From contig JBJOKE010000011.1 in assembly GCA_046046245.1 (NCBI GenBank), positions 50,919 to 114,918 of the forward strand: 64,000 nt of DNA, read 5' to 3'. Of this stretch, positions 57,278 through 64,000 are shown one piece after another. The notes below the pieces were generated by a model. That model was not told where the DNA came from, ran no database searches, and saw only the letters and a program-made list of their open reading frames with translations. Within the stretch, counting starts at the first letter, position 1, and each line of letters opens with the position of its first letter. The DNA is from Pseudomonadota bacterium. GTDB lineage: Bacteria > Pseudomonadota > Gammaproteobacteria > Burkholderiales > Burkholderiaceae_E. The position numbers and the translations under genes were made by a program.

Positions 57278-58273
57278 ATGAAGATGAAGCTCGAGGACGC
57301 GCGCACCCTGGCCATCCGCGCGCTCCGTGGCCTGAAGTTCAGCCAGGCGGATGCGGAGATCACCGCCGATCACCTGATCGACGCGGCGACCCGCGGCGTG
57401 ACGTTCGGCAGTCTCGCGAGAATCCTCGCGATCGGCGAGCGGATCGAGGAGGAAGGCGACAGGCGACAGCCGATCGCCATCGTCCGGGAGACGCCCAGTA
57501 CGGCGGTGATGGACGGGGGCGACAACGTGGGCTACGTGGTCGCGCACCACGCGACCACGCTCGCCATCCAGAAGGCGAAGACCCAGGGCATCGGCATCGT
57601 CGCCGCGAACAACACCTACTACTCGGGCCTGTTCTCCTACTACATGGAGATGGCCACCCGGGAGGGGCTGATCGCCTTCGCCATCGGCAACTGCTCGGCG
57701 ATGGTCGCGCCGGTGGGCGCCGCCGAAGCACGCCTCGGCACCAACCCGATCGCCTTCGGATTCCCGTCGGAGGGTGATCCGGTCATCTGGGACATCGGGA
57801 CCGCGGCGATGATGCACGGCGACGTCGTGCTGCATCGACGCATCGGCAAGGCGCTGCCCGAGGGCGTCGCCATCGATGCGAACGGCCTGCCGACCCGTGA
57901 TCCGGTCGAGGCCCTGGCGGGCGCGATCAGGACGTGGGGCGGACACCGCGGCTCGGGCCTGTCCGTCTCGATCCAGATGCTCGCGATCCTGTGCGGCGGA
58001 CCGGTCCTGCCGGTCGGGCTGAAGGAATTCGGCTACCTGGTCGTCGTCGTCGATCCGGCGCTGTTCCTGCCCGGCGGCGAGTATCGGAGCCGCGTCTCGG
58101 AACTGGCCGAGGTGATCCGGAGCGCGCGACCGGCCGATCCGGACCAGCCCGTGCGGATGCCGTTCGAACGGTCCGCACAGACCAGACGGCGCGCGCGCGA
58201 GGAGGACCTCATCGAGGTGCCCGACGCCGTGCACGCCGGGCTGCTGGAAGTGGCGAAACGCGCGATGGCCTGA
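57278..58273 (+). CDS. Ldh_2-family (malate/L-lactate dehydrogenase type 2) oxidoreductase
   Basis: Track ORF 57278..58273. Motifs GVTFGSLARI, MDGGDNVGYVVAHHAT, GIGIVAANNT, GTNPIAFGFP, WGGHRGSGLS. Confidence 0.85.
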   Translation: MKMKLEDARTLAIRALRGLKFSQADAEITADHLIDAATRGVTFGSLARILAIGERIEEEGDRRQPIAIVRETPSTAVMDGGDNVGYVVAHHATTLAIQKAKTQGIGIVAANNTYYSGLFSYYMEMATREGLIAFAIGNCSAMVAPVGAAEARLGTNPIAFGFPSEGDPVIWDIGTAAMMHGDVVLHRRIGKALPEGVAIDANGLPTRDPVEALAGAIRTWGGHRGSGLSVSIQMLAILCGGPVLPVGLKEFGYLVVVVDPALFLPGGEYRSRVSELAEVIRSARPADPDQPVRMPFERSAQTRRRAREEDLIEVPDAVHAGLLEVAKRAMA

Positions 58274-58343
58274 CCCCCCCAACACGATCGGCGACGGCGC
58301 CTCGTCAGCGATGGCGGCCCGAGCACCACCCAGGAGACCTCCC

Positions 58344-59378
58344 GTGAATCATTCCGTCAATCCGACGCGACCGATCCGCCCGCTGCGCGAAGGCGCGCCC
58401 GAGACCGTCCGTTCACGACGCTCGGTGCTCGGATGGCTCGCCATCGCACCGCTCGCCTCCGTCGCCCGTGCGCAGCCGGCGGCGTCCGTATGGGTGCCCG
58501 AGAAGCCCGTCAAGCTCATCGTGCCCTTCCCGCCCGGCGGTGCCACCGACCTGGTTTCCCGCCTGCTGTCCGAGCGCGTGCGCCCGCACCTCGGCCAGCC
58601 GCTCGTGGTCGAGAACCGCGGAGGCGCGAACGGCATCATCGCCGCACGAGCGGCCGGCACCGCAGCGCCGGACGGCTACACCTTGTTCCTCGGCGCGATC
58701 GGCACGCAGGCGATCAACCGGATCATCTACCCGCAGGCCTTCAACCCGGACGAGTTCGTCCCGATCGCGGCGGTCAACACGGTGCCGACCGTCTTCGCGG
58801 TCGCGAAGGACGGCCGCGCGCAGTCGCTTGACGACGTCATCAAGCTCGGCAGGAGCGGGCAAGGCAACTACGGGCATTGGGCGATCGCCAGCGTGCCCCA
58901 CCTGGCCGGCGAGCTGTTCAAGAAGCAGGCCGGCATCCCCAGGCTCGAAGGCATTCCCTTCCAGGGGGCCGCGCAGTGCATGCAGGCCCTGATCGGCGGG
59001 CAGATCGACATCGCGAACTTCCCGCTGTCGCTGGCGCGCACCTTCAGCGAGCGGGTCAGGATCCTCGGGCTCGCGTCGAAGGAGCGCCTCCCGAGCGCCC
59101 CCGAGATCCCGACGATGGCCGAGCTCGGCTATCCGGTCGACGTCGAGGCCTGGTACGGCGTCTTCGCGCCGCCGGGAACGCCGAGACCGATCGTCGACGC
59201 GCTGACCACGGCGATCAACGCGACGATCGGCGATCCCGAATTCAGCAAGCGGCTGCGCGACGCGAGCATGAAGCCGCAGAGCTTCCCGAGTGCCGAGGCC
59301 TACAGCGCCTGGATCAAGGGGGAGAGCACGCGCTGGGCCGCCGTCCTGAAGGAACTCGGCGTGGGGCCGCAACCGTAG
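58344..59378 (+). CDS. Bug/TctC-family substrate-binding protein
   Basis: Frame of track ORF 58311..59378. GTG at 58344 lies 6 nt after AGGAGA (ATG 58311 is an alternative). Motifs LIVPFPPGGATDLVSR, VVENRGGANG, GIPFQGAAQCMQALIGGQID. Confidence 0.9.
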   Translation: MNHSVNPTRPIRPLREGAPETVRSRRSVLGWLAIAPLASVARAQPAASVWVPEKPVKLIVPFPPGGATDLVSRLLSERVRPHLGQPLVVENRGGANGIIAARAAGTAAPDGYTLFLGAIGTQAINRIIYPQAFNPDEFVPIAAVNTVPTVFAVAKDGRAQSLDDVIKLGRSGQGNYGHWAIASVPHLAGELFKKQAGIPRLEGIPFQGAAQCMQALIGGQIDIANFPLSLARTFSERVRILGLASKERLPSAPEIPTMAELGYPVDVEAWYGVFAPPGTPRPIVDALTTAINATIGDPEFSKRLRDASMKPQSFPSAEAYSAWIKGESTRWAAVLKELGVGPQP

Positions 59379-59441
59379 TCGGCGACCTGCCCCGGTCCTC
59401 GGGCCGGTCGCCTCCGGAACGCGCCGGCTCCGTCGTCGCGG

Positions 59442-60167
59442 TCACTTCGCCGGTGCGCCGTACTTCCGTCGGAACGCGTCGGCCTGCTGCGCCAGCCAGG
59501 CCGACAGCTCGGGATTCCCTGTCGCCTTCGCGTACGTCGCCGCATCCAGTCCCGACTGGTTCCGCGGCGTCGGGTCGGCGCCTTCGTCGACCAGCAGCCG
59601 CACGGTCGTCGTCTGGCCCTGGCGCGCGGCCATCATCAGCGGCGTGGTGCCGTTCGGCGACTCGGCGTCGATGTATGCGTGGCGGTCCAGCAGGAACCGG
59701 ACGATGTCGGCATGGCCGTTGGCCGCAGCGAAATGCAGCGGCGTCCAGCCCGGCTTGTTCACCTCGGCCTTGCGGTCGACCAGGAACCGCACGAGATCGG
59801 CCTGGCCGTGCAGGGCCGCGTACATCAATGCGTTCGAGCCGTCGCTGTTGGTCGCGTCGAGCCGTGTGCCGCGCAGCTCGGCCAGTGCCCGGCCGGCCGA
59901 CCATGACTGGGCGCGCATCGCCAGCACGATCGGTGGCTCCCCGTGCTCGTCCGGTGCGTTCGCATCGGCGCCGCGCAGCAGCGCGGTTCGGAGCGCGTGG
60001 GGATCGTCCCGCCGGATCGCCCGGAACAGGTCGTCGCGCGCCGCGCCGGCGGCCCCCTGGGCCGAGGCGCGGATCGGCACGCCAGCGAGCGACGCGGCGG
60101 CGAGGGCGCCGAGCACGGCCCGGCGCCGCGTCCCCGACCGACCTGCAGTCCTGTCAAAGGACTTCAA
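59442..60167 (-). CDS. Periplasmic ankyrin-repeat protein (Tat/Sec signal)
   Basis: Track ORF 59442..60272, trimmed to the TTG at 60167 (GGAGAG lies 5 nt upstream). Signal SGTRRRAVLGALAAASLAGVPIRASA. About 5 ankyrin repeats (NALMYAALHGQADLVRFLV, TPLHFAAANGHADIVRFLL, TPLMMAARQGQTTTVRLLV). Confidence 0.75.
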   Translation of the reverse strand: MKSFDRTAGRSGTRRRAVLGALAAASLAGVPIRASAQGAAGAARDDLFRAIRRDDPHALRTALLRGADANAPDEHGEPPIVLAMRAQSWSAGRALAELRGTRLDATNSDGSNALMYAALHGQADLVRFLVDRKAEVNKPGWTPLHFAAANGHADIVRFLLDRHAYIDAESPNGTTPLMMAARQGQTTTVRLLVDEGADPTPRNQSGLDAATYAKATGNPELSAWLAQQADAFRRKYGAPAK

Positions 60168-60951
60168 CAGAGCTCTCCAACTGATTGAAGCATCGATTGA
60201 AATTGCGTGTGGTCGCCGCTGCGAACTCGTCGACGGACAGGCCCCGCAGCGCAGCCAGGAATTCGCCGACATGCCGGACCCAGCCGGGCTCGTTCGTCCT
60301 GCCGCGATGAGGCACGGGTGCCAGGTATGGCGAGTCGGTCTCGATCAGCAGGCGGTCGAGCGGTACACGCCGTGCCACCTCGCGCAGCGCCTCGGCATTG
60401 CGGAAGGTCACGATCCCCGAGAGCGAGATGTAGAAGCCCAGGTCCAGCGCGGCGCGCGCCACCTCCCAGGTCTCGGTGAAGCAGTGCATGACGCCGCCGG
60501 GGCCGGCGGCGCCCTCCTCCCGCAGGATCGACAGGGTGTCTTCGGAGGCGGCGCGCGTGTGGACGATCAGCGGCTTGCCCGTCGCCCGAGCGGCCCGGAC
60601 ATGGACTCGGAAGCGCTCGCGCTGCCAGCCGCAGAGGGCCTGGGGGTCGCCTTCGGTCCGGTAGTAGTCGAGCCCGGTCTCGCCGATCGCGATGACCTTC
60701 GGATGCGCCGCGAGCGACACGAGCGTCGCGACATCGGGCTCGCGCGCGTCCGCATGGTCGGGGTGGACACCCACCGATGCGTACAGCCCGGGATGCGCCT
60801 CGGCGAGCGCGATCACCCGCGGCCAGTCCTCCAGCGTGACCGACACGCAGAGCGCCCGCTCGACACGGTTCTCCCGCATCCGTTCGAGCACCTGCGGCAG
60901 GCGCCCGGCAAGCTCGGGGAAGTCGAGGTGGCAATGGGAGTCGACGAACAT
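60154..60951 (-). CDS. tatD: TatD-family metal-dependent DNase/hydrolase
   Basis: Track ORF 60154..60951. Motifs MFVDSHCHLDF, IGETGLDYY, PLIVHTR, GVMHCFTE, LLIETDSPYL. Confidence 0.9.
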   Translation of the reverse strand: MFVDSHCHLDFPELAGRLPQVLERMRENRVERALCVSVTLEDWPRVIALAEAHPGLYASVGVHPDHADAREPDVATLVSLAAHPKVIAIGETGLDYYRTEGDPQALCGWQRERFRVHVRAARATGKPLIVHTRAASEDTLSILREEGAAGPGGVMHCFTETWEVARAALDLGFYISLSGIVTFRNAEALREVARRVPLDRLLIETDSPYLAPVPHRGRTNEPGWVRHVGEFLAALRGLSVDEFAAATTRNFNRCFNQLESSVEVL

Positions 60952-61042
60952 CGGGGCTCGGGCGGAACGACCGGAGGGCGGGTCGTCCGCATTCTACCGA
61001 TGCCGGTGCGGCCGGCCGCCGCGCGGACCGCGCCGCGTGCGG

Positions 61043-61423
61043 TCAGATCGTGTGGGTCGGACGCGACGAGCGCAGCGCCGCGCCGATCAGTTCCTCGATC
61101 TTCGTGCGCACCTGCGTACCCGCATCGTTGCGGGCGAACTGGATGCCCAGCCCCTGCTGCCGGCCGGTGCTGCCCGGCGGCGTGATCCAGACGACCTTGC
61201 CCGGCACGGCGAACTTCGTCGAGTCCTCGAGCAGCGTCAGGATCAGGTAGAGGTCGTCGCCGATCTGGGCCGGGCGGGTGGTCGGCACGAAGATCCCGCC
61301 GCCCTGCAGGAAGGGCATGTAGGCGGCGTAGAGCGCGGCCTTCTCGCGGATGGCCAGCGAGATGACGCTCGGACGGGCGCCCGCCGCGCCTGCTGGTGCC
61401 CGGGCCTCGGAAATCTCGCTCAT
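61043..61423 (-). CDS. pilZ: Type IV pilus assembly protein PilZ
   Basis: Track ORF 61043..61423. Motifs LYAAYMPFLQGGGIFVPT and GKVVWITPPGS...GLGIQF match P. aeruginosa PilZ as I recall it. It occupies the conserved position after holB. Confidence 0.85.
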   Translation of the reverse strand: MSEISEARAPAGAAGARPSVISLAIREKAALYAAYMPFLQGGGIFVPTTRPAQIGDDLYLILTLLEDSTKFAVPGKVVWITPPGSTGRQQGLGIQFARNDAGTQVRTKIEELIGAALRSSRPTHTI

Positions 61424-61459
61424 CGTGTCGGTTCCTTGCGGTCGGGCCGTCCGGCCGCG

Positions 61460-62467
61460 TCAGCGCCCCGTTCCCGGGGCCGACGGGCCGAATGCGCCCA
61501 GGTAGCACTCGATCGACGCCTCGCAGAACAGCCGCGGATTCAGCGGGTGTTCCACGTGACGGTACTGCGTCGCCAGCCCCCTGCCCGCCTCCGCCAGCGA
61601 GGCCGGATCGGTCCGGTCGGCCAGCTCGGCGAGCCGGCGGGCGAGGCCGGGAAAATATCTCGGCTCCGCCCCGCTCCGGCACCGTGCGATGTCCATCAGC
61701 CACCGCTGCAGGAGCGGCAGCCACTGACGGGCGTCCGCCCGCTGCAGGGCATCGGCCGCCGTCTCCGGAGGAGTCTCGGGCAGGCTCGCGATCGCTTCCA
61801 GCATCGCCCGATGGGCGGCCGCCCGCCCGGGCTCTGCGAAGGTGGCTGCATGCAACGGGGCGCCCCCTGCCATGCCGAGCCAGGTCGCCGCGTCCTGGGG
61901 CGTGGCGCCGGTCTCGCCCTGCACCCAGGCGCTCGCCACGTCCATCGGCGGCGCCTCGAGCACGCGGACCTGGCAGCGCGAGCGGATCGTGGCTGCGATC
62001 GCGTCCGGGCGACCGGTGACCAGCACGAAGACGAGGCCCTCGCCGGGCTCCTCGAGCGTCTTCAGCAGGGCATTCGACGATTCGGTGTTCATCGCGTCGG
62101 CCGGGTCGATCAGCACGACCCGCCGGCCGCCCCGATGTCCGCCGACGACCAGGAAGTCGGAGAGCCCCCGCACCTGCCCGATCCGGATCTCGCGGGCCTG
62201 CTTGCCCTCGCCGTCGATTTCGCGGGTGAGCCGGCGCAGGTCCGGGTGGGTGCCCGCCGCCGTCCACGCGCAGGCACCGCAGCGCCCGCAGGCACGACCG
62301 TCGGTGGCCGGCGATTCGCACAGCAGCGCGGCCGCGAGCGCGTCGGCGTAGCGGCTCTTGCCGACACCCGGTGTCCCGATCAGCAACAGCGCGTGCGGCA
62401 GGCGCTCGAGCGCCGAGAGCTCGCGGCGCAGCACCTCGGTATGCCAGGGAAGTTCCTGTTCGATCAT
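61460..62467 (-). CDS. holB: DNA polymerase III delta-prime subunit
   Basis: Track ORF 61460..62467. Motifs HALLLIGTPGVGKS, Zn module CGRCGACAW, HPDLRRL, LKTLEEP, RSRCQ. Confidence 0.85.
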   Translation of the reverse strand: MIEQELPWHTEVLRRELSALERLPHALLLIGTPGVGKSRYADALAAALLCESPATDGRACGRCGACAWTAAGTHPDLRRLTREIDGEGKQAREIRIGQVRGLSDFLVVGGHRGGRRVVLIDPADAMNTESSNALLKTLEEPGEGLVFVLVTGRPDAIAATIRSRCQVRVLEAPPMDVASAWVQGETGATPQDAATWLGMAGGAPLHAATFAEPGRAAAHRAMLEAIASLPETPPETAADALQRADARQWLPLLQRWLMDIARCRSGAEPRYFPGLARRLAELADRTDPASLAEAGRGLATQYRHVEHPLNPRLFCEASIECYLGAFGPSAPGTGR

Positions 62468-62542
62468 GGATTGGGCTCGGAATCGTGAGAGGGTTTCGAG
62501 GACAGGGCGAATGAATCGTCGGGCGACCGGATTCTCGATGAA

Positions 62543-63154
62543 TCAGAGGCTTGCAAGATCTTCCTCGAGTGTCACCCGAATGTCGTCGCGGCTGCGGGCC
62601 CCGTCGATCCGGATGAAGCGTCCGGGCGCTGCCGCGGCCCGCGCGAGGTAGGCGGCGCGGACCCGGTCGAAGAACGCCGCCGCCTCGGCCTCGAACCGGT
62701 CGGCGGCACGGACCGCCTGGCGCCGCCGGGCCGCGGTCTCGGGGTCCAGGTCGAACAGGTAGGTCCGGTCGGGCTGCAGGTCGGGGTGGACCCATCGCTC
62801 CAGGGTCGCGATGTCGTCGAGCGGCATGCCGCGGCCGCCGCCCTGGTAGGCGACGGTCGAGTCGGTGAAGCGGTCGCAGATCACCCACCGGCCTTCGGCG
62901 AGAGCCGGCCGGATCACGCGGTCGAGATGGTCCTGTCGTGCGGCGAAGACCAGCAGCGCCTCGACCCGCATCGACATCGGCCGGTTCAGCACCCAGTCGC
63001 GGATCGTCTCGGCCAGCTCGGTGCCGCCCGGCTCGCGCGTGACGACGACCGCGTGGCCGCGTGCGCGCAGCCGCTCGGCGAACCAGTCGACGTGGCTGCT
63101 CTTGCCGGCGCCGTCGATGCCCTCGAAGGTGACGAAGCGTGCCCGTCGGCTCAC
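62543..63154 (-). CDS. tmk: Thymidylate kinase
   Basis: Track ORF 62543..63154. The GTG start overlaps the mltG stop (GTGA). Motifs [32 protein letters not shown]. Confidence 0.95.
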   Translation of the reverse strand: MSRRARFVTFEGIDGAGKSSHVDWFAERLRARGHAVVVTREPGGTELAETIRDWVLNRPMSMRVEALLVFAARQDHLDRVIRPALAEGRWVICDRFTDSTVAYQGGGRGMPLDDIATLERWVHPDLQPDRTYLFDLDPETAARRRQAVRAADRFEAEAAAFFDRVRAAYLARAAAAPGRFIRIDGARSRDDIRVTLEEDLASL

Positions 63155-63999
63155 GGCGCGGCCTTCCTCTGGTAGCGGGCCACGGCCCGGTTGTGGGCGG
63201 CGAGGTCGTTGGAGAATTCGCTGCTGCCGTCGCCGCGGGCGACGAAGTACAGTGCCGTGATCGGCGCCGGATCGAGCGCGGCGGCGATCGACGCACGGCC
63301 GGGCATCGAGATCGGCGTCGGCGTCAGTCCGGTGCGGGTGTAGGTGTTGTACGGCGTGTCCGCGACCAGGTCGCGCCGCCGGAGGTTGCCGTCGAATGCC
63401 TCGCCGAGCCCGTAGATGGTCGTCGGGTCGCTCTGCAGCATCATCCCGCGCTTCAGGCGATTGACGAAGACGGCGGCCACCTTCGCGCGGTCCTCCTCGC
63501 GGCCGGTCTCCTTCTCGACGATCGACGCCATCACAAGCGCCTCGTACGGCGTCCGGTACGGCGGCGGATCCGGGCGCGCCATCCGCGCATCCCAGGCGAC
63601 CTTCAGGTGCGACTGCTGCAGGCGGTAGGCGCGGCGCAGCACCTCGAGGTCCGTCGAGCCGCGCGCGAACGCGTAGGTGTCGGGCGCGAACAGGCCTTCC
63701 GGATGCGACTCCGGGATCCCGAGGCGCGCGAGCAGTTCGGCGTCGGACAGCGCATCGGTCTCGTGCTTCAGGTCCGGATGACGCGCCAGCGCCGCGCGCA
63801 CCTGCCGGAACGTCCAGCCTTCGATCAGGGTCAGGTCGCGCAGCGTGACGTCGCCGCGGGTCAGCCGGTCGAGCAGCGCCCGCAACGTCAGCGGTGCGGC
63901 GAGCTCGTAGTTGCCGGCGCGGATCTTCGGGGCGTCGCCGCGCAGCCGCAGCGCGAGCGAGAACAGCCAGGCCGGCACCTCGACGCCCTGCCGGCGCAA
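63151..63999 (-). CDS. mltG: Endolytic murein transglycosylase MltG (YceG family), 5' end outside the window
   Basis: Track ORF 63151..63999, open at the window edge. Motifs [54 protein letters not shown]. Confidence 0.85.
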   Translation of the reverse strand: MRRQGVEVPAWLFSLALRLRGDAPKIRAGNYELAAPLTLRALLDRLTRGDVTLRDLTLIEGWTFRQVRAALARHPDLKHETDALSDAELLARLGIPESHPEGLFAPDTYAFARGSTDLEVLRRAYRLQQSHLKVAWDARMARPDPPPYRTPYEALVMASIVEKETGREEDRAKVAAVFVNRLKRGMMLQSDPTTIYGLGEAFDGNLRRRDLVADTPYNTYTRTGLTPTPISMPGRASIAAALDPAPITALYFVARGDGSSEFSNDLAAHNRAVARYQRKAAP

Positions 64000-64000
64000 C

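Noticed and set aside
59381-59412. Hairpin GGCGACC...GGTCGCC between the last tctC gene and the ankyrin gene, as a terminator
   Set aside because: It has only a 7-bp stem with an 18-nt loop and no U-tract, which is too weak to report as a feature.
60168-60272. ATG at 60272 as the start of the ankyrin protein (track ORF 59442..60272)
   Set aside because: It would add 35 non-signal-like residues and overlap tatD by 119 nt. The TTG at 60167 has a proper Shine-Dalgarno and places the twin-Arg signal at the N-terminus.

Overview
Very GC-rich chromosomal segment (by eye, not computed). It probably comes from a Burkholderiales-type betaproteobacterium. This is inferred from four Bug/TctC solute-binding paralogues that have no tctAB partner, and from the conserved mltG-tmk-holB-pilZ-tatD block at the 3' end. 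Coding density is high: I support about 60 CDS, and many pairs overlap by 4 nt (ATGA/GTGA). Because of the GC content all six frames carry long ORFs, so several track ORFs (up to 1805 aa) are artefacts. Real genes were picked by recognisable families and trimmed to plausible starts. Contents in order:
- OmpR/HK two-component pair with a coupled membrane protein and a glycine-zipper/Pro-Tyr-rich secreted protein.
- ykgJ-like gene, AEC transporter, mnmC, M20 peptidase, dinB.
- A URC-type pyrimidine catabolism trio (GTP cyclohydrolase II-like URC1, DUF1688/URC4, upp), lying tail-to-tail with an uncharacterised Prs-paralogue / thymidine(AMP)-phosphorylase-family / permease unit.
- CDF transporter, DmpA peptidase, SIMPL protein.
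- acuI-caiB-tctC minicluster.
- pcaH-pcaG-pobA.
- A rearranged atu/liu-like acyl-CoA carboxylase locus, divergent from TetR-AtuA(DUF1446)-MaoC-SDR-(HMGCS-like::DUF35)-SCPx thiolase.
- A structured repeat-bearing intergenic region.
- Two adjacent genes with apparent 1-nt frameshifts, an orphan BcsE-like gene and a small HTH-like ORF next to about 0.4 kb of lower-GC non-coding DNA.
- A gene string of about 11 kb with a LacI-family regulator (enoyl-CoA hydratase, CoA transferase, HMG-CoA lyase, ACAD, LacI, lipocalin-like, HIBADH-like, TctC, amidohydrolase_2, Ldh_2, TctC), preceded by a perfect TGAAACGTTTCA palindrome.
- A periplasmic ankyrin protein, then the housekeeping block.
I recognised no rRNA, tRNA, CRISPR array, IS/transposase or integrase. 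The best candidates for undescribed biology are the URC + Prs/TP-family neighbourhood and the AtuA-linked beta-oxidation module with an apparently non-catalytic HMGCS::DUF35 fusion. All family calls are by-eye motif recognition and need HMM/BLAST confirmation.
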